Of a DNA stretch of 43,692 bases, positions 18,104-27,810 are shown in pieces (the first letter of the stretch is position 1; the number at the start of each line of letters is the position of its first letter). Below the pieces are notes generated by a model. That model saw only the letters and a program-made list of their open reading frames with translations, had not been told where the DNA came from and did no database searches. Position numbers and translations under genes: made by a program. Origin of the DNA: Myxococcota bacterium (GTDB lineage: Bacteria > Myxococcota_A > UBA796 > GCA-2862545); assembly GCA_039208735.1 (NCBI GenBank), contig JBCCQY010000068.1:1-43692 (forward strand), read 5' to 3'.

Positions 18104-21100
18104 TCACGAGGCCCAGGGCACCGCCTTGACCTCGCCATCATCGATGCGGACGGCGGCGATTCGATGATGGTTTGTATCGGAGACGATCAGGAAGGCCCCG
18201 GCCCGAGCGATGCCCGAGGGCTCATCGAACTCACCGTCGCCACCGGCTAAGGTGCGTGTACGGCCGTTTGAAAGGGCGATCTGCTTGACCTTCTGATTGT
18301 AAGTGTCGGCGACGAACACCTCTTCTCCGGCAAACGTCAGCGCGAGCGGGTGTTGCAGGCGAGCCACATCGGCCCCCCCGTCGATGTCGCCGAAGTCGAA
18401 CAGCCCTCGGCCGACCACCGTCACCACCTGGTGGGACTGCGGGTCCACGGCGCGCACCGAACTGACTTCACTATCGATGAAGAGCAGGTAGCGTCCGTAA
18501 AGCGCGGCATCGGTGGGTTGGGCGAGCGCCGCCGCCGCGGCGGGGCCGTCGACATGGTCAGCGCGTCCATTTCCGGTGTGCATGCCGATGTGGCCGTTCG
18601 CGTAGACCCAGATCTGGTGGCTGCCTGCCATGGTGACAAACACGAGGTGCTCGTCCCGGAAAATCATGACCTCGACGCCCCAAGGGGAGCGAAGCGCGAT
18701 GTCTTTGGGCGTGGCCAGCCGTTCGCGAGGAACCGCACCCTGCCCCCGTTCTCCGTTGCCCGCCAGCGTCGTCACCTTGCCGGTGATGAGGTCGATCGAA
18801 CGCAGGGCGTGGTTTCCGGTGTCGGCCACATACAGCGTGGTTTCGGCCCGACGGATGCCCTGTGGATTGCGGAATCGGGAGGTTTCCGCACCGCCGTCGG
18901 TGAATCCCGGCTCACCGTTGCCAAACGCGCGAAGGGGCACGAGGAACGGCCAGCCTTCCTTCAGACGGAGCTCCGCTTCGATGATGCGGTGGTTGCCTGA
19001 ATCCGCGATGTAGACGCGCTGGGCCGCCTGCCCGATTTCTTGCAGGTAAGCGTCTGGCCAGACGTGCACGCGACCGGGGAAGCGGAGCGAGACCCCTTCG
19101 GTGATGGGCCGTGAGGGCACCGCATTTGAGGCGGGCACCGGCCCGTCAAGGAGCGGCTTGGGGGACTCCTCGGTGATGGAAGCCTCGTCACGAGCGCGCG
19201 CCGGCGCCTCGAGATGGGCATCGCTTGGGATTTGGCCGCCTGCGGCAAGCACCGAGTCCCAGGCCGCTTCGGCGGTAGGCTCTTCGGCTGGATCCTCGGC
19301 CAGAAGGGTATCGATGAGGTCGGCGAGGTCGTCGGCGGTGGTCTCTCCGGAGCGCAGCGCCGCGACCCGGCCCAACCTGTCGATGACCACAACGGTGGGC
19401 CAAGACCGAACGCCAAACGCGTCCCAGACGTCGTGGTCCGGATCCAGCAAGACCGGATGCCGGACGCCGAGCCGTTCCATCGCCTTTTCGACCACCGCAC
19501 GTTCGCGTTCGTGGTCGAACTTTGATGCATGCACGCCGATCACCCGAACCGGCTTGACCGCATAGCGGGCTTCCAGCTCGGTCAGTTCGGGAAGCACATG
19601 CCGCGCATTGATCGAGCAGGCCGTCCAGAAATGGAGCACCCCGATGTAGCCCTCGGGAAGGGGAGCCTCTTCTCGAAGCCCGATCCACCGTTCGGGATCC
19701 TGCGGCAATGCCGGCGCTTCCGCGCGATCTTGTTCCCTAGACGTCAACGACGCCGTCCGGTCGAAGACACCGTCGAGTTGGCCATGAAGCTCCTCCGGGG
19801 TGTGAACGGGCAATTGACAAGCGTACCCCTCACACAAGTAAGCCGTCGGCTTACCGTCGATCGCCGTCTTCCCTTCGAGCCAGGGAATTGCAGGGTCCTC
19901 GAGAGGAGGGCCTACGTAGCGAACCGCGAACGGCATGGGGTGGCGTTCGATCACGCGAAGCAGCGCCTGGGTTTCGGGCTGGGTACGGTCTCCAACGATG
20001 GCAAGTTCAATGCCGCCGCGAGCGAGCCAAGAGCCGGCGATGACATCGGCTCCCAAGGCCTGAGGGGCTTCGTTGAGGTAGCGTTGACTCATGCGCAGGA
20101 TGGTCTCCGCAACCTCCTGCCGGGCCGGGTCGCCACTGAGCCGAGCGAGTCGTAGGAAAGCCAGGGCGGCCATGGCGTTTGGCGCAGGTTCGGCATTCGA
20201 AAGGAAGGGCTTGCTCGGCGCAACCAAGGGGGGTTGATCCTTTCCGAGCAGGAAGAATCCCCCGTCCTCATCGTCCCAAAACAGCTGGACCAGCAGGTCG
20301 GCGAGAGAATTGGCTTCGTTCAACCACCGAAGGTCGCTCGTGGCGTCCCACAGATCGAGGCACGCCGTGAGCAGATTCACAACGTCGTCGGCGTAGGCTG
20401 CGACGTTGACGCGCCCGTCCTTAAAGGTCCGCATGAGGCGGCCAGAGGGATCTCGGCACTGCTTTAGGACCATGTCGGCGGCCCGAATGGCGGCGTCGAG
20501 CCAAGCGGATTCGGCGAGCGGACCGGCTGCGTTAGCGAGCGCGCTAATCATCAGCGCGTTCCACGATACGATGACCTTGTCGTCTCGATCCGGAGCGATG
20601 CGTTGACGTCGGGCGTCGAGCAGGGTGGTTCGGGCTCGTAAAAAGCGTGCTCGCTCTGTCTTGCCGAGCTTCTCGAGGGGTTCGGAGAGCCGCAGCACGC
20701 TGGTGCCGTCCTTGAATGTGCCGCTCGCCGTGACTTCAAGGAGTGCGGCCACGGCACGACCGTCTTCGGCGCCGAGCACGTCGACCAACTGATCCGGGGT
20801 CCAGACGAAGTAGGCCCCTTCGCTCCCTTCGCTATCCGCGTCTTGGCTGGCCGCGAATCCGCCGTGAGGAAGCTGCATCTCGTCGAGCGCCCAGGCCACG
20901 GTTTCGCGGACGATACGCGCATAACGGGCTTCGCCCGTCAATTGCCATGCTTCGACGTAGCGCGGGATCAGCTGCGCGTTGTCGTAGAGCATCTTCTCGA
21001 AGTGCGGAACCCGCCAGGCCACGTCGACGCTGTAGCGGGCAAAGCCGCCTCCCAGCAGGTCGTACATCCCTCCCTTGGCCATGCCGTCAAGGGTGCGGGT

Positions 21101-21787
21101 GAACATCGACAGCGAGGTTTCGTCGTGACACCGCAACACGTGAGCGGACAACGCCCACAACAAGCCGTGCGGAGGGAACTTCGGCGCTTCGCCGAAGCCT
21201 CCGTGGCGCGCGTCGTAGTTCTGGTTTGCAGATTCGACGACCGGAGTGAGCCACTCCGGAGCGAGCAGGCCCGCTCCAGCGGGGGTCACGGGCTGCAGGA
21301 TGCGCTGGAGGTCTCGGATGACCGAGGACACGTCACTCTTGCGGTCGGTCCACAGCGTACGGACGTGGGCCAGCACATCCCGGAAGGCGGGCATGTCGGC
21401 CTTCGCTTCGGGGGGGAAGTAGGTGCCCCCGAAGAAAGGCTGTCCCTCTGGCGTGAGGAACGCCGTCATGGGCCAGCCCCCACGCCCTTGGTTGAACGCT
21501 TGGACGGCGCGCATGTAGAGGCGGTCAACGTCGGGCCGTTCTTCCCGGTCGACCTTGATGTTGACGAACCCGTTGTTCATGAGGGCTGCAATCGCTGGGT
21601 CGTCGAACGACTCGTGGGCCATGACATGGCACCAGTGACACGCCGAGTAGCCGACCGAGAGCAAGATCGGTTTGTTCTCGCGCTGAGCCTTCTTGAAGGC
21701 TTCCTCACCCCAAGGGAACCAGTCGACGGGCTGGTCTTTGTGTTGAAGCAGGTAGGGGCTCGTTTCTTCGGTCAGTCGGTTGCCCAT
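18104..21787 (-). CDS. Fusion: YyaL/SSP411 (DUF255 thioredoxin + alpha/alpha barrel) + NHLRC2-like thioredoxin domain + NHL beta-propeller
   Basis: [44 protein letters not shown] and [11 protein letters not shown]. Then [27 protein letters not shown], followed by repeated [10 protein letters not shown] / [11 protein letters not shown] / [10 protein letters not shown] / SDTNHHRI. Confidence 0.92.
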   Translation of the reverse strand: MGNRLTEETSPYLLQHKDQPVDWFPWGEEAFKKAQRENKPILLSVGYSACHWCHVMAHESFDDPAIAALMNNGFVNIKVDREERPDVDRLYMRAVQAFNQGRGGWPMTAFLTPEGQPFFGGTYFPPEAKADMPAFRDVLAHVRTLWTDRKSDVSSVIRDLQRILQPVTPAGAGLLAPEWLTPVVESANQNYDARHGGFGEAPKFPPHGLLWALSAHVLRCHDETSLSMFTRTLDGMAKGGMYDLLGGGFARYSVDVAWRVPHFEKMLYDNAQLIPRYVEAWQLTGEARYARIVRETVAWALDEMQLPHGGFAASQDADSEGSEGAYFVWTPDQLVDVLGAEDGRAVAALLEVTASGTFKDGTSVLRLSEPLEKLGKTERARFLRARTTLLDARRQRIAPDRDDKVIVSWNALMISALANAAGPLAESAWLDAAIRAADMVLKQCRDPSGRLMRTFKDGRVNVAAYADDVVNLLTACLDLWDATSDLRWLNEANSLADLLVQLFWDDEDGGFFLLGKDQPPLVAPSKPFLSNAEPAPNAMAALAFLRLARLSGDPARQEVAETILRMSQRYLNEAPQALGADVIAGSWLARGGIELAIVGDRTQPETQALLRVIERHPMPFAVRYVGPPLEDPAIPWLEGKTAIDGKPTAYLCEGYACQLPVHTPEELHGQLDGVFDRTASLTSREQDRAEAPALPQDPERWIGLREEAPLPEGYIGVLHFWTACSINARHVLPELTELEARYAVKPVRVIGVHASKFDHERERAVVEKAMERLGVRHPVLLDPDHDVWDAFGVRSWPTVVVIDRLGRVAALRSGETTADDLADLIDTLLAEDPAEEPTAEAAWDSVLAAGGQIPSDAHLEAPARARDEASITEESPKPLLDGPVPASNAVPSRPITEGVSLRFPGRVHVWPDAYLQEIGQAAQRVYIADSGNHRIIEAELRLKEGWPFLVPLRAFGNGEPGFTDGGAETSRFRNPQGIRRAETTLYVADTGNHALRSIDLITGKVTTLAGNGERGQGAVPRERLATPKDIALRSPWGVEVMIFRDEHLVFVTMAGSHQIWVYANGHIGMHTGNGRADHVDGPAAAAALAQPTDAALYGRYLLFIDSEVSSVRAVDPQSHQVVTVVGRGLFDFGDIDGGADVARLQHPLALTFAGEEVFVADTYNQKVKQIALSNGRTRTLAGGDGEFDEPSGIARAGAFLIVSDTNHHRIAAVRIDDGEVKAVPWAS

Positions 21788-21826
21788 CGGGCGACTCCTC
21801 GGTGGGCAGGGGCGGCTTCCCGGCGA

Positions 21827-23143
21827 CTACGGGGAGCCATCACCTGGGGGACTATCCGGGCTGGGCTCCTGCGGTGCTTCAGACACGGCTTCTTCGACGG
21901 GCGGCGTGGTCTCTGCCGACTCCGTCGGTTCGGGGGCCGGCTCCACGGTTTCGGTGGGCGCGGTGGCTTCTTTCGGAGCGTCGGGCGTAACCTCGTCCGA
22001 GGGCCCTCCGCCGGCCGGAGGCTCGGTTGGGGGTTCGCTCGGTGGTTCTGGGGCCTTCACGTCCTCGGCGTCGGCCGCTCCCTCTTCAGGAACCTCGGTC
22101 TTCGCACCCTCTTCGGGCGTCGCATTTACCCCCGCGGCGGATTCCTCGTCAGGAACCGTTCCCTCTTCAGGGGTCGGCCCGTCTTCAGGGGTCGCCCCCT
22201 CTTCAGGGGTCGCCCCATCTTCAGCGACCGCATCTTCATCAAGCGGGTTGCCCGACTGCACCATGGCCTCGGCGGGAGGCGGCGCGACGGCACCCTCTTC
22301 GGACAGCGGCTGATTCTCGCAGCGAGTGCTCTGCTTGTACACGACCGTTTGTGCGCCGTGGTAGCGGAAGCCCAAGAACCCAAACTTGAAGCGAAATGCT
22401 TCGGAAGACGGATAAACCACGTTGCCTCGAATGAGGCCGCGAACGTGGACTTCAGCATTCTTGATGGTCCACGCGAACAAGCCCATGCGGATCTTGCCCA
22501 GCTGGGTGTCGTCGTTCTTGCCGCGGAGGGCCGCTTTGAATTTGGCCGGGAAGCGCACGTCGAGCAGGCTCGGGACGTCGCCACCACTCGGGAAGAAGAT
22601 CTGGACTTTGACCTCTTCCTTGCGATTGGACGCCAGCGGGATCGCCCGATTGAGCACGACACCGCCACGCGCCTCGTCCCACTCCGCCCAGCTCGTGAAG
22701 GCCTCGCCACCGATGCGCGACAACACCTGACGAAGCACGTTGAGCGCTTCGGTGTCTTCGACCGTACCGGCATCGTCGTCGTCGCCCGCGACCACGACCC
22801 GACCGCCGGGGAGGCGACCGACCATGGGTACGAAGCGCGCCTTATCGGCATACACGCGCTGCTCGCGGTCGCGCGCATTTCGCTGCTGGAGTTCGCCCAG
22901 GGGCTGCAGGGCAATCTCACCCCACTGTCCGTCCACCGTCTTGCCCGCAAAGACCGCATCTCCGCGGGTTTTACCGTACTTTCCGGTGTGCCAGTCCCAG
23001 GAAGCCTGGCCTACCCATTCCCAACAGCCGGGAGGCATGTCGAGCAGTTGCTCGGCCGCGTTCTCCCACTTTTCGATATCATCGAGTCGGATGTTGGGAG
23101 GCGCGCTGGCGGTCGCCACCGTCGCCATCAACAAGGCCCACAT
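21827..23143 (-). CDS. Hypothetical exported protein with acidic Pro/Glu-rich tail
   Basis: Short signal (MWALLMATVATA), about 280-aa globular part, then a low-complexity E/P/A tail; GGGAGAG RBS. Confidence 0.8.
   Translation of the reverse strand: MWALLMATVATASAPPNIRLDDIEKWENAAEQLLDMPPGCWEWVGQASWDWHTGKYGKTRGDAVFAGKTVDGQWGEIALQPLGELQQRNARDREQRVYADKARFVPMVGRLPGGRVVVAGDDDDAGTVEDTEALNVLRQVLSRIGGEAFTSWAEWDEARGGVVLNRAIPLASNRKEEVKVQIFFPSGGDVPSLLDVRFPAKFKAALRGKNDDTQLGKIRMGLFAWTIKNAEVHVRGLIRGNVVYPSSEAFRFKFGFLGFRYHGAQTVVYKQSTRCENQPLSEEGAVAPPPAEAMVQSGNPLDEDAVAEDGATPEEGATPEDGPTPEEGTVPDEESAAGVNATPEEGAKTEVPEEGAADAEDVKAPEPPSEPPTEPPAGGGPSDEVTPDAPKEATAPTETVEPAPEPTESAETTPPVEEAVSEAPQEPSPDSPPGDGSP
22164..22235 (-). 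repeat. 18-bp coding tandem repeat (TPEEGA-like hexapeptide)
   Basis: TCTTCAG recurs at 22164, 22182, 22200 and 22218; the first three units are TCTTCAGGGGTCGSCCCN. Confidence 0.85.
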
Positions 23144-23271
23144 TCGCTCTCCCGTCGAGGAGCCAGTCTGTCAACCCGCGTAACCGATTCGTTCTCTACG
23201 GGTCGCGTCAATCCGTGTCCCCTGCCGGCTGGCATCGGGCTCCCCGACGTGTTTATCTCCGGAACCCCGTG

Positions 23272-24948
23272 ATGCGTACGGAAACCCACCAGACTGCCCC
23301 CCGGACCGACGCCCACGCGGTCGTGCCGGACTTCTTCGACGGCGCCGACCGGACCCGGGCCTTGCGGGCCCCCCGGCGCGCCGAGGTGTCGAAGACCGTC
23401 GCCTGCGCAATGGATGTGCCCCACGTCGTTATTGATCGTGTTTGTGGCGAGCTTTCGTGGAATGAACAGGCGTGTTCCGAAGGGTACGTCTCGCTGTCGA
23501 ATCCGTTTGGGACGTGGGTCACCGACATGTCGCCGGCGCCCCGTCGGCAGGCGCCGATGCGCGTGGCGCCTCCCACCAGCATGGTGGGCATGGTGGCGGC
23601 CATCCATCACGTGCTCCACGGCCGCATTGACCCCATGGCTCGGGTCGAGCACCGCGATCTTTGGCAGGCCTACGCGCGGGCCCTGGTCGAGCGGGCGGAT
23701 CCACTCGGCAACGTCGTCGCACACGCGGTCCTTGGCGACCCGATCGCGGAGTGGTTCAAGGGCATCGATGGGGCCCAGCAGCTCGGTGGACTGATGCGGC
23801 TTGGCACATGGGTGGATGCGCGCTGGGATCGAGGCTTGCGCATCGATCTGGATGGCACTCAGCCCAACTGGACGGGTCTTGAACGCGTGACCACTGAGTT
23901 CGCGTTTTTGCGGGTGTTCGTCCACGATCTGCAGCCCAGCTTGCTGCACATCGTTGGGGAGACCCCCCGAATGCAGTCGCTCACGTTCACCAACCAGAAC
24001 CTGGACTCTCTCGATCTAGGGTGGCTCGAACGGTTCGGGCCCCTCACCGCACTCGATGTCGAGGGCTTTGCGTTGCGCCACCTCGATCCGGTGCGGTCGC
24101 ATCAGCGCATGGAACAGCTGCGGGTGGCGCAGTGTCGAGGCTTGCTCGACCTGTCGATGTTGCGAGGCATGAAGGAACTCATCGACCTGCACCTCGCGGG
24201 CTGCCCCACTGCGGTATCCTGGGACGCGTTGCCGACCCTTCCCGCGTTGCGGCGGCTCACCGTCGGCAGTCAAGGCGAATGGACGACCGTCGAAGGGATT
24301 CGAGACTGTGCTCAGGTCACCGAGATGGAGCTGTACGATCTTGAGACGGTGGACGACCTAAGACCAGTTTCCACTCTCACTTCCACCACTTCGCTGACGC
24401 TGCGCAACGTCGGCATGTCTGATCTGCGATCCCTCGTCGAGCTTCCGCAGCTCACGAGCCTGTCCCTCATCCGCAACCATCAGTTGATGGACTTCCGCGC
24501 CTTGGCCGAGTGTTCGGCGCTTGAACACCTCACACTCGAGCGTCTGATGTGGCTTCGCGACCTTTCGGCCGTGGCGCGGCTTCGCCATCTCACCGAGTTG
24601 ACCATTGTGAAGTGCCGGCGGCTCACCGAACTCGCCAGCTTCTCGATCGATTCGAAGCTCGAGTCGTTCACCCTCGTGGGGTGTCCCGCCGTCGAAGATC
24701 TCCATGGCATCGCCATGTGCCAGCGACTGAAGGTGATTCGGCTCGCCCAAACCTCGATCGCCTCCATCAAGGACTTCGTCGGTCTACCCAACCTTGAAGC
24801 CGTGGTGCTGTTGGATCCGCCTCGCGACCCGAAGCTAAGAGAGGCCTTGCGCCGCGCCCGAGCGGTCGAGAAGCCAGCCGAGGACTTGGCCCCCGACCAT
24901 CCCAATGCCCTTGCCTACATCCTGCCTGAGACCCCGGAGGATGCGTGA
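23272..24948 (+). CDS. Leucine-rich repeat protein with a TIGR02996-like helix motif
   Basis: About 11-12 repeats of roughly 22-23 aa (LxxLxLxxC/NxxLxDL), preceded by WQAYARALVERADPLG. Confidence 0.85.
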   Translation: MRTETHQTAPRTDAHAVVPDFFDGADRTRALRAPRRAEVSKTVACAMDVPHVVIDRVCGELSWNEQACSEGYVSLSNPFGTWVTDMSPAPRRQAPMRVAPPTSMVGMVAAIHHVLHGRIDPMARVEHRDLWQAYARALVERADPLGNVVAHAVLGDPIAEWFKGIDGAQQLGGLMRLGTWVDARWDRGLRIDLDGTQPNWTGLERVTTEFAFLRVFVHDLQPSLLHIVGETPRMQSLTFTNQNLDSLDLGWLERFGPLTALDVEGFALRHLDPVRSHQRMEQLRVAQCRGLLDLSMLRGMKELIDLHLAGCPTAVSWDALPTLPALRRLTVGSQGEWTTVEGIRDCAQVTEMELYDLETVDDLRPVSTLTSTTSLTLRNVGMSDLRSLVELPQLTSLSLIRNHQLMDFRALAECSALEHLTLERLMWLRDLSAVARLRHLTELTIVKCRRLTELASFSIDSKLESFTLVGCPAVEDLHGIAMCQRLKVIRLAQTSIASIKDFVGLPNLEAVVLLDPPRDPKLREALRRARAVEKPAEDLAPDHPNALAYILPETPEDA

Positions 24949-26222
24949 AGTCGCGCTCCCGTTTCGAATCGTCGGTACTCGGTGCAGTCGGCAAGACCGT
25001 AGGGGAACGCTGTCCACGGTTGGCCAGCGAGCGGGGAGCACCGTTGGCGGCGGTAGCCGATATCCTTGTAGAAGAGGACGGTACGGGATTCGTGGTCCAA
25101 CTGGAAGGGGTCGGCGATGACGCCTTCGACCTCCATTCTGCGATTGTGATCCTCGAGACGCCAGGCGGGGAGCGGGTTCGAGCCCGGAAGCCCTTCGCAG
25201 ACGCCGATGGCTACTTTGCGCTTGAGATTCCCATGCAAGGGGACCGGCTGGCCTTCTTCATCGCCAATGGGGCTCTCGAAGCCCCTCCGCCACGGGCCAC
25301 GGTGCGGCTGGTGTTGCATGGCCCGGAGGGACCACTGGGACAAACCGCGTTTGCGGTGCGTCCCACCCCCGCCGATCCGCTGGACTTTGCGGCCTATGCG
25401 CAGCCCTTCGCCGATCTCGCGTGGGCGGTGGCCATGGCCGATGGCAACCTGGATCCGGCCGAGCGAACGCAGATTGGTCTTCAGCTGAAAACGGTCTTGG
25501 GCGACGACGAGGTGGCCGTCGAAGCGTTTTCAAAGCCTCCGCTCCAGCCCCCAAAGGTCTCGGCGCTCGCGGTCTCGCTGCGTTGCCGGTTTGCAGAACT
25601 CGATAGTGAGGAACTCTTCTTTGCCTTGCTTGGCGTCGCGGCCAGCGACGGTGAGGTGAGCCCGGCCGAGGTCAAGGTGTTGCAGAAGGTTGCCCGGCGC
25701 CTCGACGTGCCCGAGCGCGCCTGGCACCGGTGGGCGTTCCGCATGGGGGTGGAGCTGCCGAATCCCGAGGTCACGGAGTCGACGGACCTAAGGCTCAATC
25801 AACAACCACCCTTAGTGGTACTGGCCGCTCAGCACGGCCGTCGCGTGCCCTCGATCATCTTGCAGCTCGATCGCAAGGGGCAGGACCGCCGCAACGTGTT
25901 CGCGACCTTGTCGCTGCTCACCGGCATCTTCGCCGTGGTGGCCTGGTTCGCTTCGGTGGCGGTGGCCCTGGCTCCGAGCGCGTCGGTCGCCACCTTCGCC
26001 ACGGTGGCCGCAGCGCCCCTTCAGATGGCGGTGGCGGCGCTATCGGTTGGGTTTGGTTGGCTAGGACTTCGGGTGGCCCGCGAGACGGAAGGCGCGGGGC
26101 AAGGAGCCGCAACGACGGGGTTATCGCTCGGGGGAGTGTGCCTGCTGCTTGGATTGGTGTGGTGGCTCGTGGTTTGTTTGGGTCTGTCGGCCACGGCGAT
26201 CTGGGATCAACGCGGACTCTGA
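24945..26222 (+). CDS. TerB-domain membrane protein with DUF4190-like C-terminal helices
   Basis: VAMADGNLDPAER and VAASDGEVSPAEVKVL TerB motifs; three C-terminal TM segments; GTGA overlap with the LRR gene. Confidence 0.8.
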   Translation: MKSRSRFESSVLGAVGKTVGERCPRLASERGAPLAAVADILVEEDGTGFVVQLEGVGDDAFDLHSAIVILETPGGERVRARKPFADADGYFALEIPMQGDRLAFFIANGALEAPPPRATVRLVLHGPEGPLGQTAFAVRPTPADPLDFAAYAQPFADLAWAVAMADGNLDPAERTQIGLQLKTVLGDDEVAVEAFSKPPLQPPKVSALAVSLRCRFAELDSEELFFALLGVAASDGEVSPAEVKVLQKVARRLDVPERAWHRWAFRMGVELPNPEVTESTDLRLNQQPPLVVLAAQHGRRVPSIILQLDRKGQDRRNVFATLSLLTGIFAVVAWFASVAVALAPSASVATFATVAAAPLQMAVAALSVGFGWLGLRVARETEGAGQGAATTGLSLGGVCLLLGLVWWLVVCLGLSATAIWDQRGL

Positions 26223-26231
26223 GGCTGTCTC

Positions 26232-26480
26232 ATGTCGTCGACGTTTCTCCTTGGCTTTTCGCAAGCAGTGGTCGATCAGCTGCGCGCTCGAACGTGGGTT
26301 GAGCTTCGCGAAGGCAGTGCCGACCGCGTTGTTTCGTACATCGCCCAGCGGCTTTCGGAATCCCGAGAGGGCAGTTCGCTCATCTCGACGCTAGAGCGCG
26401 CGTTGCTAGCATGCCCCGACGTCGAGGAGTTGTACGCGGATCTCGATTCGCTGAAGGACTTGGTCGACGAGTTGGGCTGA
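26232..26480 (+). CDS. Small acidic hypothetical protein
   Basis: 82-aa ORF 9 bp after the previous stop; GAGG RBS. Confidence 0.7.
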   Translation: MSSTFLLGFSQAVVDQLRARTWVELREGSADRVVSYIAQRLSESREGSSLISTLERALLACPDVEELYADLDSLKDLVDELG

Positions 26481-26512
26481 ACACCGGGATATGACCCGAA
26501 AACGGAGGTTCG

Positions 26513-27214
26513 TTGGCCGCTGCGTTGCGTGATTTGCCCCTTGCGCGCTGGGCGAGCCGGTTCGTCGAGGGCACCGTTCAGATCTCGGGGAGGCTCCCGC
26601 GGGCCATCGAGCCGTCCTTCGATGGGGTCCCCACGCCCATTGGGATTGGCCTCGTGCGGGTCGCTCTGAACTTTATCGGTGGAGAAACCCCGGCGTTTGC
26701 GGAAGGAACCGTGGTCGGCCCTCGCTGCAACCTCACCACCGCCGATGGGCTCGGCGTCGCAGCGGTGGTCGATGCGCTGCACGATGTTGGGTTGTGCGTC
26801 GAGGCGCGCACCGATGGCGAACTCCAGGTCAGCCTGGGCCACGGCATCGAGGCCAGCGTGCCGGCCGAAGGGGTGGTGACCCTGTCAGCGGTCGTGGAAG
26901 GCCCGCCGGATGCGGTCGTGCTGGCCACCGCGGTGGAAGTGTCGGTTGCTGGACAGGGCATCGGGGTGCGGCACCAACAAGCCCGATGGCTCGATGGGCT
27001 CGCTCGGATCCGCATTCGCAGGGTCTCGCTGCATCCCAACGGCGAGGTCGAACTCGATGGAAGCGGAGCCGGGGTGATGGATTGGGCGGTGACCAACGGC
27101 CTGCGTCGTGCCTCCTCCCGCATCACGGAGTTGGTTCGCGACAGTCCGCGATTCGAACGACTTCGGGCGTTTCTTCGATTGGATTCGCCAGGCGGAACCC
27201 CTTCCCCGGCCTAG
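26513..27214 (+). CDS. Hypothetical protein (beta-rich)
   Basis: TTG start after a GGAGG RBS; fills the gap; GC3-biased. Confidence 0.7.
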   Translation: MAAALRDLPLARWASRFVEGTVQISGRLPRAIEPSFDGVPTPIGIGLVRVALNFIGGETPAFAEGTVVGPRCNLTTADGLGVAAVVDALHDVGLCVEARTDGELQVSLGHGIEASVPAEGVVTLSAVVEGPPDAVVLATAVEVSVAGQGIGVRHQQARWLDGLARIRIRRVSLHPNGEVELDGSGAGVMDWAVTNGLRRASSRITELVRDSPRFERLRAFLRLDSPGGTPSPA

Positions 27215-27810
27215 GTGTCGGGCGGCGTCCACGGCCGAGACTGGACCCACAGCAGGGTCTGAGGGTGGTCGGCCGTGAACGGCAGAGCGACGGCCTGACC
27301 AGACTCGAGGGCCATGGCGACCCCTGCGCTCTCGAAGCGCACTCCAGCGGGGACCTCGATGCGATGCGCGGTCACTTCGGTCAGGTTGGCCAGCACGCGG
27401 TGCGTGCAGCCATCCCGGGTCTCAGGTGGAGGGTGCGCGGCCCATGTCGCAGGTCGCTCCAGGTTCACCGCGGGGATCGCGGAGCGTAGGACGGTGGGCT
27501 TTGCGATGCGAACGGAGGCGCTCAGCAGCGGAGCATGGGTGCCTTCGGGCGGCGGGGCGAGAAGCAGCCGCAACAGCGCTACCGAAAGCGACTCGATGAG
27601 TCGAAAGCGGCCGTGCGTAGCGAGGAACCGCGCTTGTGTGTCGACCGAACCGTAGTCGACGCTTTGGGTCAGGTCGCCCGTCCACCCACACGCGTCGAGG
27701 TCGATCACCATGCCGATGTCGATCTCGAGCGGCTGCGGCTCGACTCGTTCCCGGGGCAGGATTCCCACGATGCAGGCGAGGTCAACATGTAGGTCGATGC
27801 GGTCGGCCAT
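27211..27810 (-). CDS. folB: Dihydroneopterin aldolase with C-terminal extension
   Basis: DRI...CIVGILPRERVEPQPLEIDI...DLTQSVDYG...FRLIESL...VRIAKP. Confidence 0.88.
   Translation of the reverse strand: MADRIDLHVDLACIVGILPRERVEPQPLEIDIGMVIDLDACGWTGDLTQSVDYGSVDTQARFLATHGRFRLIESLSVALLRLLLAPPPEGTHAPLLSASVRIAKPTVLRSAIPAVNLERPATWAAHPPPETRDGCTHRVLANLTEVTAHRIEVPAGVRFESAGVAMALESGQAVALPFTADHPQTLLWVQSRPWTPPDT

Noticed and set aside
22164..22235. CRISPR-like periodicity here and at 31247-31303
   Set aside because: Units are contiguous multiples of 3 inside CDSs, with no spacers and no cas genes.
20843..23272. 809-aa plus-strand ORF
   Set aside because: Antisense to two well-supported minus-strand genes; composition is typical of a shadow frame.
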